A stretch of DNA of 64,000 bases from Flavobacteriales bacterium (GCA_028122735.1 JAOHSR010000002.1:16760-80759), one strand, 5' to 3'. Shown: positions 1 to 9,396, counted from the stretch's first letter. Notes: a model not told the origin generated them from the letters alone. Numbers and translations are program-made.

Positions 1-1
1 T

Positions 2-160
2 GAAATTTCATTTGAAAAGCTAAAGATCAAAGAAAATTTAAAAAATGAGATTAAAAAAGAAATTTTGGATGTGAAAAAAATAATTTCTGAAGAAATTAAT
101 AAAAAAGAGTCTGATGAGGAGGGGGAAGAATTAGAAATTGAATGGGATGATAATTTTTAA
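2..160 (+). CDS. 3' end of an unidentified CDS entering from the left edge (...EELEIEWDDNF*)
   Basis: Frame 2 is open from the window edge to TAA at 158-160. The tail is Lys/Glu-rich. No family recognised. Confidence 0.35.
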   Translation, partial: EISFEKLKIKENLKNEIKKEILDVKKIISEEINKKESDEEGEELEIEWDDNF

Positions 161-175
161 TTAAATTTACTTGAC

Positions 176-1429
176 ATGAATATTTATTCAAACAAACAAC
201 GTTGGAAATTGGTACTGTCCTTATTAGCAATCTTTATTAGTGTTGCCTCTCTTTTTATAACAAGTAGATTAGTAAAAGAGCTGAAAAATGAGGAAAGAAA
301 AAAAATTGAAACATGGGCTCAAGCAACAAAACAATTAGTAAGCGCATCTAGCCAAGGTGATTTTTCTCTTGCAATTAAAGTAATTTCTGAAAATACTAAC
401 ATACCTGTAATACTTATTGATGAATGCGATAGTATTCTTGAAACTAGAAATATTAAGTTTTTCACAAAAAATGATAGTATTATTCTTAACGATTATAAAA
501 AAATCAAATCTAATGCTATTAGTAATAGTAATGATAGCTTAATTTTTATAAAAGCTAAGAAGCTACAGAATAAGTATGGAACTTTCTTAAGATCTGCTTT
601 AAAAGAAATGCGAGAAGGTGATGATAAGCCCATTGAAATTAACTTTATTGGAGATAAACAGTGGATTTATTATAGTGATTCAGAACTATTGAACAATCTG
701 AGATACTATCCAATTTATCAACTTTTTTTTATAACTATATTTATTTTAATTGGATACATGGTTTTTAGTTCTGCTAGAAAATCTGAGCAGAACCAGGTAT
801 GGGCAGGAATGGCAAAAGAAACAGCTCATCAAATTGCTACTCCCCTTTCTTCTTTGATGGCTTGGATTGAGTTAATTAAAAATCAAGATAATGGCGATAT
901 GGTTTTTGAAATGAAAAAAGATTTAACTCGACTAGAAACCATTGCTGATCGATTTTCTAAGATTGGATCTAAACCGAAATTAGAAAAATATGATGTTGTG
1001 GAAATAATTGATAAATCTGTAAAATATCTTAAATCAAGATTGTCTGAAAATACTGAGTTTTTAGTTCAAAAAATTGAAACACCGTTATTTGCGAAAGTCA
1101 ATAAAACATTGCTTGAGTGGGTTATAGAAAATATTTGTAAAAATGCAGTTGATGCGATGCAAGGAAAGGGAAAGATTAATATAAGTTTTGTTGAGAGAAA
1201 AAATGAAGTAGAGATCATTATTAAGGATACCGGAAAAGGAATAGATAGGATGATGTTTAATGATGTATTTAAACCGGGTGTTACAACAAAAACAAGAGGA
1301 TGGGGATTAGGTCTTTCGTTATCTAAACGAATTATTAAAGATTATCATAAAGGAAAGTTATATATAATGCAGTCCACAATAAAAGAAGGTACAAGCTTTG
1401 CAATTTCTTTACCGAAGGAATTATTCTAA
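176..1429 (+). CDS. sensor histidine kinase (membrane-bound)
   Basis: 417 aa with two TM segments flanking an extracytoplasmic region. H-box AHQIATPLSSL; ATPase boxes DTGKGI and GWGLGLS. Confidence 0.85.
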   Translation: MNIYSNKQRWKLVLSLLAIFISVASLFITSRLVKELKNEERKKIETWAQATKQLVSASSQGDFSLAIKVISENTNIPVILIDECDSILETRNIKFFTKNDSIILNDYKKIKSNAISNSNDSLIFIKAKKLQNKYGTFLRSALKEMREGDDKPIEINFIGDKQWIYYSDSELLNNLRYYPIYQLFFITIFILIGYMVFSSARKSEQNQVWAGMAKETAHQIATPLSSLMAWIELIKNQDNGDMVFEMKKDLTRLETIADRFSKIGSKPKLEKYDVVEIIDKSVKYLKSRLSENTEFLVQKIETPLFAKVNKTLLEWVIENICKNAVDAMQGKGKINISFVERKNEVEIIIKDTGKGIDRMMFNDVFKPGVTTKTRGWGLGLSLSKRIIKDYHKGKLYIMQSTIKEGTSFAISLPKELF

Positions 1430-1807
1430 AGAAGAACTAGCAATAAACCTTATACTTAAAGAATTTACACAATGTCTTGTATCTTTTGGGGTAATTTTTT
1501 CACCATGAAAAACATGTCCTAAATGCCCATCACATTTTGAACAACATATCTCAGTTCTTTGCCTTACAAGTGAATTGTCTTGATATCTAACTATTGCCCC
1601 AGGAATTTCATCATCAAATGATGGCCATCCACAACCTGAATCAAACTTTGTTTTTGACTCGTATAATTTATTATTACATGCTCTACAAACAAAATAGCCT
1701 TTTTCAAAATGATTATTATATTCTCCAGAAAAAGGAGCCTCCGTTCCTTTATTAGCTAGAATCTCCCTTTCTTCATCAGTTAAATTTTTAAAATATTTAT
1801 TTTCCAT
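1421..1807 (-). CDS. msrB: peptide-methionine (R)-S-oxide reductase MsrB
   Basis: 128 aa. Zinc CxxC pairs CRAC and CSKC, GCGWPSF, HLGHVF, and catalytic RHCVNS. The start overlaps the upstream kinase stop by 11 nt. Confidence 0.93.
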   Translation of the reverse strand: MENKYFKNLTDEEREILANKGTEAPFSGEYNNHFEKGYFVCRACNNKLYESKTKFDSGCGWPSFDDEIPGAIVRYQDNSLVRQRTEICCSKCDGHLGHVFHGEKITPKDTRHCVNSLSIRFIASSSLE

Positions 1808-3038
1808 CTTCTAGATTCATTATGAATTCATGTAAATTATTAAAATTATAACTAATAGGGATTGAATAATAACTGCATATTTTTTTAACTATTGACAAGC
1901 CAATTCCCAAACTATCTTTATTCTCACTTCTCACAAATCTCTTAAATATATCTCCTGTAACATTTAATGCTGGGCCTGTATTAAGAATTGACAAACTAGA
2001 TGAATTTAATTTAATAATTATTTTGCCATTTACAATATTATGCATAATTGCATTCTTTATTAAATTTAAAAACAATGTATGTGCTAAGTAACTATTCATT
2101 TGTAAATCATAAGAGCTATCAATATCAAGTTTAACGTTAATCTTCTTTTCCGTTAGTAAATCCTCAAAGAAATTTAGCTTTTCATTTATTAATTTTAGAA
2201 GAGGTATTGATTCTTCATTAGTATAAAATCTATTATCAATTTTAGTTAATAATATTAAGGCTTGATTAATTTTCGCAAGACGTGTTGTTGTATTCATTAT
2301 TATTTCAAGCTGCTCTAATTCTGTTTTTTTTAAATTCTCAGATTGTAATAACTCATCAGCTTTAGAACTTATAATTGCCAGTGGAGTTTGAATTTCATGT
2401 GATACATTTTCGGTATATTCTTTTTGTTCTTTATAGTCATTACTAATCTTCAATGTCATCTTTTTAAAAACATCAGTAAGCTTATTAAGCTCATCGATCT
2501 CAGAGTTTTCAAATGAAATTAGTTCTGGCTTGCCTATATTAAAGTTTTCTAATTTGCTTACCGTTTTGTAAAAAATTCTTAGTCCTCTTTTCACACTTAA
2601 ATGATTTAAAAAAAATATAATTAAGAAAAAACTCATTGCAAGAGCAACATTTAATATTACAATCCGCCATATTAAAAGGTCAGTTTGAGCTTGAGATTGA
2701 AGTATCTCAATTTTGTAGTTATAATTTTTAAAATTATGATAAAAATTAATTTTCCGATATAAAACATACTGATCGTATTCAATTAATACGGTATCAGAAA
2801 AATTAGTGATAATATGCTTATCTGTTTGAGTTATAAAAACATGCTTACTTTTAAGAAAATTAATATCATTATCCTCATTTAGATTTTCAATAAAATCATT
2901 TTGCATTTGATATAACCTAGAAGAAAGATCTTCAGCTAAAATAACACGTACAGCAAAGTACATAAAAACACTTCCAAATAAAAAAAAGATTGCACTTAAT
3001 GATATGAAACTTAAGCCTGTTTTAGTAGTCAGTTTCAT
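1797..3038 (-). CDS. sensor histidine kinase (two TM, periplasmic sensor region)
   Basis: 413 aa. H-box SHEIQTPL, N-box NLIKNAIMHN, G-box GIGLSIV. ATGA overlap with the response regulator gene. Confidence 0.85.
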   Translation of the reverse strand: MKLTTKTGLSFISLSAIFFLFGSVFMYFAVRVILAEDLSSRLYQMQNDFIENLNEDNDINFLKSKHVFITQTDKHIITNFSDTVLIEYDQYVLYRKINFYHNFKNYNYKIEILQSQAQTDLLIWRIVILNVALAMSFFLIIFFLNHLSVKRGLRIFYKTVSKLENFNIGKPELISFENSEIDELNKLTDVFKKMTLKISNDYKEQKEYTENVSHEIQTPLAIISSKADELLQSENLKKTELEQLEIIMNTTTRLAKINQALILLTKIDNRFYTNEESIPLLKLINEKLNFFEDLLTEKKINVKLDIDSSYDLQMNSYLAHTLFLNLIKNAIMHNIVNGKIIIKLNSSSLSILNTGPALNVTGDIFKRFVRSENKDSLGIGLSIVKKICSYYSIPISYNFNNLHEFIMNLEDGK

Positions 3039-3724
3039 TCAGAAATAAATTTATAGCCTACACCATAAACATTTTTAATGTAGTCAGGAGCTCCAGATTG
3101 TTCTATTTTCTTCTTCAAATTTTTTATATGACCATATATTACATCATTAGAAAAACCATAATCATAATATTTAGACGACATATACTCCGCTAAATTTGTT
3201 TTACTAAGAACCCTATTTCTGTTTGAAACAAAGTATAATAATAAATTAAACTCGGTGTTGGTAAGTTCAATATCTTTTTCATTAACAACAAGCCTCATTT
3301 GATCTGGAATTACTCTAAGTTTTCCTGCGTTAATTTCATTATTCCCTTCAAAATTTAACCTTCTTATTAAAGACTTTATTCGCGCATTAAGTTCAGGCAT
3401 AAAAAATGGTTTTGTCAAATAATCATCAGCACCAAGTTCAAGTCCTTCCACTTTTTTATCGACAGCATCTTTCGCAGAAATAATGATTACTCCGCATGTA
3501 TTATCGTTATTTTTAATAACACTAATTAGAGACAAACCATCTCCATCAGGAAGGCCCAGATCTAATAAAACAGCATCGTAATTATTTCTTTTTATTAAAT
3601 CTCGTGCTTTAGACAATTTATTAGTATGGGTGCACTTATAATTATTTTCACTTAAGTAATTAATCACATCATTAGCTAAAGATTTTTCATCTTCAACTAG
3701 TAAAATTTTGTTTCTATTATGCAT
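3035..3724 (-). CDS. OmpR-family response regulator (receiver + winged helix)
   Basis: 229 aa. Receiver motifs ILLVEDE, DLGLPDGDG and LTKPF; C-terminal winged-helix VYGVGYKF. Confidence 0.92.
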   Translation of the reverse strand: MHNRNKILLVEDEKSLANDVINYLSENNYKCTHTNKLSKARDLIKRNNYDAVLLDLGLPDGDGLSLISVIKNNDNTCGVIIISAKDAVDKKVEGLELGADDYLTKPFFMPELNARIKSLIRRLNFEGNNEINAGKLRVIPDQMRLVVNEKDIELTNTEFNLLLYFVSNRNRVLSKTNLAEYMSSKYYDYGFSNDVIYGHIKNLKKKIEQSGAPDYIKNVYGVGYKFISE

Positions 3725-4160
3725 TATTAGGAATATTCATTAATAGTGAGATCATAATCAACACAAAAGATAGTCCAAAATAAATAAAATTCTTTTTGAA
3801 CTTAGCCGCACTATTTTTTAGGTTTTTAGCGTATACTAATCCTAAATGACCGAAAATTATTGCAAAAAACATTAGTATCGTATGCTCTACCGCCCAAAAC
3901 CTTGATGAAAAATAATCGTTAGCATTAGTCTGACTAATAAAGTTTTCTAATTTATTCATATGTAAATAATATAATAATAATCCTAAAACTAATTCAAAAT
4001 ATAATAATGAAACTGCAGCTACAGGAACATAAAAGTCATGATATACCGAAAAATTATATTCTCTAATTATTCCAAAAAATGATCTAAAAACAATATAAGT
4101 AGATATAATGGAAAGAACAATACTTAGTATAATGTGTAATATTAAAATAGTAGTATACAT
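3717..4160 (-). CDS. 4-TM membrane protein, function unknown
   Basis: 147 aa with four hydrophobic helices. His in TM1 (H9) and TM3 (H93, H105). ATG start; 8-nt overlap with the RR start. No family recognised. Confidence 0.6.
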   Translation of the reverse strand: MYTTILILHIILSIVLSIISTYIVFRSFFGIIREYNFSVYHDFYVPVAAVSLLYFELVLGLLLYYLHMNKLENFISQTNANDYFSSRFWAVEHTILMFFAIIFGHLGLVYAKNLKNSAAKFKKNFIYFGLSFVLIMISLLMNIPNNA

Positions 4161-4164
4161 TATG

Positions 4165-4172
4165 CAAAACTA
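4165..4172 (-). promoter_or_regulatory. Bacteroidota-type -7 box TAGTTTTG
   Basis: Plus strand reads CAAAACTA. The box lies 4 nt upstream of the ATG at 4160, in the only gap of the cluster. Confidence 0.4.
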
Positions 4173-4203
4173 ATAAAAGTAGTATGTAAAATATTACTTT
4201 ATT

Positions 4204-4722
4204 TTAAATCGATTTTAAATGATCTAGGATTTTATCAATATAATTACACAGGGAGGTTACAGATATTGTTGCTCCAGAAATTGCTTGAACATGATGTCTA
4301 GATCCCAATTTGCTATCATATAATTTTTGAAACTGTCTTAACCATTTTTTATTGCTTATTTCATACCCCCAATTTTCTCTATATTTCAATATTTCTACTT
4401 TACTTATATTTCTTTGATTATCAAGTATTACATAAAAATCAAAAAAATGGTGTTTACTAGGAGCTTTGGCAATTACTACGTATCCTTTATGTAGTTCATG
4501 TTTCATAATCTTATAATAACATATTTGATCTGGAGAAATGTAGAATAAATTTATAATAGGCTCATTAACACTTATAAATTGTGGGATTTTTTTTTCGATT
4601 TTTTTCAGATATTGTTCTGAAGGAACCCAAGGATCATAGAACGAAGAGAATATTACTACTATAAAAATAATATAAATAGTAAATATAGATCTGAAAATTA
4701 ATTTTTTAGATTTTAAAACCAA
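4204..4722 (-). CDS. membrane-anchored FMN-binding domain protein
   Basis: 172 aa. N-terminal TM anchor, then the FMN_bind-type motif AISGATISVTS near the C-terminus. TTG start overlaps the porin stop by 10 nt. Confidence 0.7.
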   Translation of the reverse strand: MVLKSKKLIFRSIFTIYIIFIVVIFSSFYDPWVPSEQYLKKIEKKIPQFISVNEPIINLFYISPDQICYYKIMKHELHKGYVVIAKAPSKHHFFDFYVILDNQRNISKVEILKYRENWGYEISNKKWLRQFQKLYDSKLGSRHHVQAISGATISVTSLCNYIDKILDHLKSI

Positions 4723-5894
4723 ATTGCTGTTCCAAAGTTTATGCGAGATGTGTTTTTATCATCTGATTCATTAGAAAGAATTTGATAATCAAATTTTAAC
4801 ATTGCTCCTTTTGTTAATTTCCATCCAATACCAAAAGTTACATCGGTTCTATTATACTTGTCATTTTTTAATATTAAATCATCTACTTCTGCATGGGTAT
4901 TGTAATTTTCGCACCTAATAAAACCTATCAATTCTTCATTTGTTTTTTTAGTATTAAAGAAATTATAACCTAATTCAGTATAATGTCCTAAAAGGGTTTT
5001 TCCTAAGTCAGTATTTGATTTAGTATTATATTGTTCTGTATTTGAAATATTAGCTATAACATATTGAGCTTTTATTATTAATGGGCCAGTATTATACCTA
5101 ACATCTACGCCAAACATGTTGATACCAACTATAGTTGAGTCAGCAGATAAAACATCTAAATCATCATCTAAATTAAGTCCATTATATTCTTCGCTTTCTG
5201 AATTACCTATATATGTAGATAATCCTAACGAAAGTCCTGGTTGACCATAATAATTTATTCGAGCTGCAAAATCAAAATTAGTCATATAAGATTCTGCTCC
5301 TTTTTGTCTTCCACTTCTTAAACCGCTTGAACCGCTAAAGGATGCGTTACCATCTGAATAACCATTGAAACCGTTAACAAGCATTAATTCGTAATTAATA
5401 GCATATGAATTAATTCTTCCGGTTAAACCAATACCAATTTCTCTCCATGTTGTTGGAACTATATATTTATCAACATTAGTTCTTTCAACACCGTTGAATG
5501 TTGGCGGTTCATGAAATAAATTTTGAATACCCATCGGTATTAACATTAGTCCAGAATTAAAAGTTAAATGTTCATTTAATCGATGACTTAGGAATGCTTG
5601 TTCAACGTAGAGTTCAACAACGTGCTCCATTTCTACTTCTGCAACAAATGAGGTTTTTTCATTAAAATTATAACCAAAAAATGTAACAAATCGATGGACA
5701 TCAAATTTACTATTGTAATGGGTATCATCATCATTTAAGTTTTTGTTGAAATCGATTTGCGCATATCCTCCAATATTCAATCCTTGGTTACCAGCTAGAA
5801 TTCTAGTTGATGAATTTTCATTAAAAACAGATTGAGAATATATTGAATTTGAAAATACAATTAGAAAAGAAAAAAGTAATTTATTAAGTTTCAT
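4713..5894 (-). CDS. outer-membrane beta-barrel (porin-like) protein
   Basis: 393 aa. Signal peptide ...SNSIYS|QSV, amphipathic beta-strand pattern, and a C-terminal ...GTAIWF aromatic terminus typical of OM barrels. Confidence 0.65.
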   Translation of the reverse strand: MKLNKLLFSFLIVFSNSIYSQSVFNENSSTRILAGNQGLNIGGYAQIDFNKNLNDDDTHYNSKFDVHRFVTFFGYNFNEKTSFVAEVEMEHVVELYVEQAFLSHRLNEHLTFNSGLMLIPMGIQNLFHEPPTFNGVERTNVDKYIVPTTWREIGIGLTGRINSYAINYELMLVNGFNGYSDGNASFSGSSGLRSGRQKGAESYMTNFDFAARINYYGQPGLSLGLSTYIGNSESEEYNGLNLDDDLDVLSADSTIVGINMFGVDVRYNTGPLIIKAQYVIANISNTEQYNTKSNTDLGKTLLGHYTELGYNFFNTKKTNEELIGFIRCENYNTHAEVDDLILKNDKYNRTDVTFGIGWKLTKGAMLKFDYQILSNESDDKNTSRINFGTAIWF

Positions 5895-5906
5895 TATTTT
5901 ATTTTT

Positions 5907-5991
5907 ATTTAGACTAATTATTAATAATGCAAAATTAAATAGTTTTTTAACTTTACAAAGTAATTTGTGTGTTTTAATTTAGACTAATTAT
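5907..5991. repeat. two exact copies of ATTTAGACTAATTAT (5907-5921 and 5977-5991)
   Basis: Read directly from the sequence. The copies sit 70 nt apart in the divergent 112-nt intergenic region. Confidence 0.9.
5930..5937 (-). promoter_or_regulatory. -7 box TAATTTTG for the porin/FMN-binding unit
   Basis: Plus strand reads CAAAATTA. The box is 35 nt upstream of the ATG at 5894 and lies between the two 15-nt repeat copies. Confidence 0.4.
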
Positions 5992-6006
5992 AAATTAAAT
6001 TGTATT

Positions 6007-6399
6007 TTGAAGAAAATAATATTATTTGACTCAACATGTTTGATGTGTAATAATTTTGTTAAATATCTAATTAAACTAGATAAAAATGAGATTTTTAAAT
6101 TTTCCTCAACAAAGGGAGTGACCGCAAAAAAAATATTTGAAAAATCTATTGATCAACTTGATAAAATTGATTCAGTAGCATTTTACAACAAAAACGTTTA
6201 TGTTAAATCTGAAGCTATTATATATATTATATATGAATTAGGAGGGGTATATAAATTGTCGCTTCTTTTCAGAATACTCCCAAAAAAAATTCTTAATGTT
6301 TTATACGACTATATTGCTTCTAATAGAAATCGTTGGTTTGGCAAATTAGATAAATGCTCTATTGCTGAGAAAAAAAATATTTCCAGATTTTTAGACTAA
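6007..6399 (+). CDS. thiol-disulfide oxidoreductase, DCC family (DUF393)
   Basis: 130 aa. N-terminal ILFDSTCLMCN (DxxCxxC-type motif). TTG start; no upstream in-frame ATG. Confidence 0.8.
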   Translation: MKKIILFDSTCLMCNNFVKYLIKLDKNEIFKFSSTKGVTAKKIFEKSIDQLDKIDSVAFYNKNVYVKSEAIIYIIYELGGVYKLSLLFRILPKKILNVLYDYIASNRNRWFGKLDKCSIAEKKNISRFLD

Positions 6400-6440
6400 A
6401 TAGTTTGTAAATTTACTTCTGAACTTTTTATTCTCTATTC

Positions 6441-7565
6441 TTGGCTGGTATATATATACATATTCCATATTGTAAACAAAAGTGTACGTACTGTGATTTC
6501 CATTTTTCAATAAACATGAAAAATATGAGTCAAATGATAGAATGTTTGTGCTTAGAAATTGAAGAAAGAAAACATTACTTAAGTGAAAAAACAGTAGAAA
6601 CAATTTACTTTGGTGGAGGTACTCCTTCGCTGGTAGATAGTGAAAAAATTAAATATTTATTAGAAAAAATTCAGTCTACATATAAAGTAAGTCAAAAAGC
6701 GGAAATAACATTAGAGCTAAATCCCGATGATATTACAGAGAAGAAAATTACAGCATTAAAAAATATTGGAGTCAATAGACTTAGTATAGGAGTTCAATCT
6801 TTTTATGATAGGGACTTAGAATTTATGAATAGAAGTCATAATTCTACTCAGGCTATAGATGCGGTTAATCTTGCATATAATTCTGGCATAAAAAATATTA
6901 CTATTGATTTAATATATGGCATTCCTGGCCAAAGCATGAAACAGTGGGAAGAAAATTTAAATCAATTATCTACCTTGAATATTACTCACTTCTCGGCATA
7001 TGCCTTAACCGTTGAGCCCAATACACATCTACATTATTTAGTTAAAAGTAAAAAGATATCTCAAGTAGAAGATTCTGTTATTGAAAGTCAATTTAAACTA
7101 CTGCAAGACATGTCTGAAAAAATGAATTTTATTCAATACGAAATATCTAATTTTTGCAAAAAAAATATGATGTCAAAACACAATTCCTCTTACTGGGAAG
7201 ACAAATGGTATTTGGGAATAGGACCTTCTGCACATTCGTTTAATGGAAAAGAAAGAAGATGGAATATAAAAAGTAATTCAAAATATATTTCAAGGGTTAA
7301 AAATAGTCAAGTTTACTTTGAGCTTGAGCTACTAAATCAAAAACAAAAATATAATGAATATATATTAACCTGCTTAAGAACTAAATGGGGGGTAAGTTTT
7401 GATTTTCTAAACAAAAATTTTGATGTTGATATTCAAAATCATTTTAAGAAAGAAATACAGAAATGGATAAAACAAAAGAAAGTTATTCAAAACAAAAATT
7501 ATGAGTTAACTAAAGATGGAATGTTGTTGGCTGATGCTATTTCTTCAGATCTTTTTATCACTTAA
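6441..7565 (+). CDS. hemW: radical SAM heme chaperone HemW (HemN-like)
   Basis: 374 aa. YIHIPYCKQKCTYCDF radical-SAM CxxxCxxC motif and GGGTPS. TTG start. Confidence 0.88.
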   Translation: MAGIYIHIPYCKQKCTYCDFHFSINMKNMSQMIECLCLEIEERKHYLSEKTVETIYFGGGTPSLVDSEKIKYLLEKIQSTYKVSQKAEITLELNPDDITEKKITALKNIGVNRLSIGVQSFYDRDLEFMNRSHNSTQAIDAVNLAYNSGIKNITIDLIYGIPGQSMKQWEENLNQLSTLNITHFSAYALTVEPNTHLHYLVKSKKISQVEDSVIESQFKLLQDMSEKMNFIQYEISNFCKKNMMSKHNSSYWEDKWYLGIGPSAHSFNGKERRWNIKSNSKYISRVKNSQVYFELELLNQKQKYNEYILTCLRTKWGVSFDFLNKNFDVDIQNHFKKEIQKWIKQKKVIQNKNYELTKDGMLLADAISSDLFIT

Positions 7566-8651
7566 TATTTTTAAAAAGTATTTTTCATACTTCTCAACAA
7601 TCAAATCCCATTTGTATCTTGAATTAATGATTTTAAGGTTTTCACGAGCAATCTCTTCTCTTTGTTTTAACAAACTATCATCTTCAAATATTAATTTTAA
7701 TTCTTCTTTACTACTAAATGAAAACGTATTTTCACTTACAACAGATTTATTAAATGGATTATCATGAACTACTACAAAGGCTTGAGACGCCATCGCTTCT
7801 ATAAGTGCGGGATTAGTTCCACCAACAGAATGACCATGTAAATAGTATGAGGCATAATATCTAAATGTATCTAATTCTTCTTTATTAAATATAGCACCAA
7901 GAAAATGAATATTTGTGTTTTTATATTTCTCTTTTAAGAAGGCTCCATATTTAGTATTGTGATTTCCGATTATATAATATGGAAGTTGATTATCGGACAA
8001 TAAATATCCATCACACATTAGCTCTAAATTATTTTCTGGCTCAAGTCGTGCAATTGTTAGAGTATAATTATCTGGGTGAAGAAGGTATTTATCAATTGTT
8101 TTTTTAGTTAACAGACCTACTTTTTCAGTACCGTATGCTATAAATTCAGAAGGAACATTGTAATTATATTTAATATATTCTTGTATTGCAATATTATCAG
8201 CAACTAAGAAATTTGAATTGAGAACTCCAAACTTTTCTAGAGCCTTAGTAATTACTCTTACTGCTGAACTCCATTTGGCGCGCTTCCACTCAAGTCCGTC
8301 TAAATTAGTAACTACAATACTGGATTTTTTATTACATAAAATAATAGCAGGAGCAGCAGTAATTAGTCCAAGTTCAAGGATGATATCGTATTGATTTTTT
8401 ATCGCATGCTTCAAACACAAATAATCAAAAACAAAATTAGCTGGTGCTGTTCCTATAATATTTTGTGGACTATAAATGTGTTCAATTTTAACCCCTTTAT
8501 AATTATTTTCTTTAAACGGATGGAAATTGGGATTATATACTGTAACCTTATGCCCTCTTTTAACTAAGCCAATAGAAAGTGATTCGGCACATTGCTCAAA
8601 ACCACCATAATTATTAGGAATACCTCGAGTACCTAAGATTGCTATTTTCAT
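7545..8651 (-). CDS. glycosyltransferase family 1/4 (DUF1972-type N-terminus)
   Basis: 368 aa. MKIAILGTRGIPNNYGGFEQ N-terminus and a C-terminal GT1 region (HGHSVGGTNPALIEAM). Confidence 0.85.
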   Translation of the reverse strand: MKIAILGTRGIPNNYGGFEQCAESLSIGLVKRGHKVTVYNPNFHPFKENNYKGVKIEHIYSPQNIIGTAPANFVFDYLCLKHAIKNQYDIILELGLITAAPAIILCNKKSSIVVTNLDGLEWKRAKWSSAVRVITKALEKFGVLNSNFLVADNIAIQEYIKYNYNVPSEFIAYGTEKVGLLTKKTIDKYLLHPDNYTLTIARLEPENNLELMCDGYLLSDNQLPYYIIGNHNTKYGAFLKEKYKNTNIHFLGAIFNKEELDTFRYYASYYLHGHSVGGTNPALIEAMASQAFVVVHDNPFNKSVVSENTFSFSSKEELKLIFEDDSLLKQREEIARENLKIINSRYKWDLIVEKYEKYFLKILSDKKI

Positions 8652-8691
8652 TTTTTATAGAGCTAGAACAATTAATTTTTCAAGAAAAAGG

Positions 8692-9396
8692 CTAAAAAAA
8701 ACTAATTAAATCATCGTATGCAATTATACCATTTTTGTGCCAAACAACTGAATTATTCTCATACAAAACAAGAGCAGGTAACGATTTGACATCAAACCTT
8801 TCTTGAGCGTAAGTATTAGCATCTAAATCAATCTTTATAACCTTTAGTGAACCATTATTATCTACTAACTTATCAATTATAGGTTCCATTTTTTTACACG
8901 GGGAACACCATTTGGTAGAAATATAAATTAATGTATTAGTATTGTTTTTAATAAGAGAATCTAACCTTATTTCACTTATCAGATCAGTATTTGAAGAATC
9001 ATTATTAACTAAATTTATATCGTAAGGCATCTTGTTAGCTTTCCATCGCATAAACCCACCTTCTAAATTATAGACATTCCGAAAACCATTTTTAGATAAA
9101 ATTTCTGCTGCCTTAACACTTCTCCCTCCACTTTTGCAAAGGGTGTAAATCTTTTTGCTAGGATCAATTAAATTTATTTTGTTCTCAAAATTTTTATCAT
9201 AATAATCTATAAATGTAGAATTAGGAATATATCCAGCATCTATTTCTTCTGATGTTCTTACATCTAAAATAATAATATCCGTGTCATTCAAAATCTTATC
9301 TAAACTAAGTATATCTGTTTTTTCATAGACTAAAGTACTTTTATTGCTACATGAAATAAAAAATATTATAATTAAAAATAAAAGCGCTCTGTTCAT
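8692..9396 (-). CDS. lipoprotein with fused rhodanese and thioredoxin-like domains
   Basis: 234 aa. Lipobox FFISC, rhodanese active-site loop CKSGGRS, then thioredoxin WCSPC. Confidence 0.8.
   Translation of the reverse strand: MNRALLFLIIIFFISCSNKSTLVYEKTDILSLDKILNDTDIIILDVRTSEEIDAGYIPNSTFIDYYDKNFENKINLIDPSKKIYTLCKSGGRSVKAAEILSKNGFRNVYNLEGGFMRWKANKMPYDINLVNNDSSNTDLISEIRLDSLIKNNTNTLIYISTKWCSPCKKMEPIIDKLVDNNGSLKVIKIDLDANTYAQERFDVKSLPALVLYENNSVVWHKNGIIAYDDLISFF

Noticed and set aside
5917-5928. 12-bp palindrome ATTATTAATAAT next to the first 15-nt repeat copy, and a 10-bp AAAATATTTT palindrome at 38408-38417.
   Set aside because: Palindromes made only of A and T at this length are expected by chance in sequence this AT-rich.
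6391-6603. 70-aa minus-strand ORF across the DCC/hemW junction, and the 83-aa plus-strand ORF at 7516-7767.
   Set aside because: They overlap the well-supported hemW and glycosyltransferase genes, and no independent signals support them.
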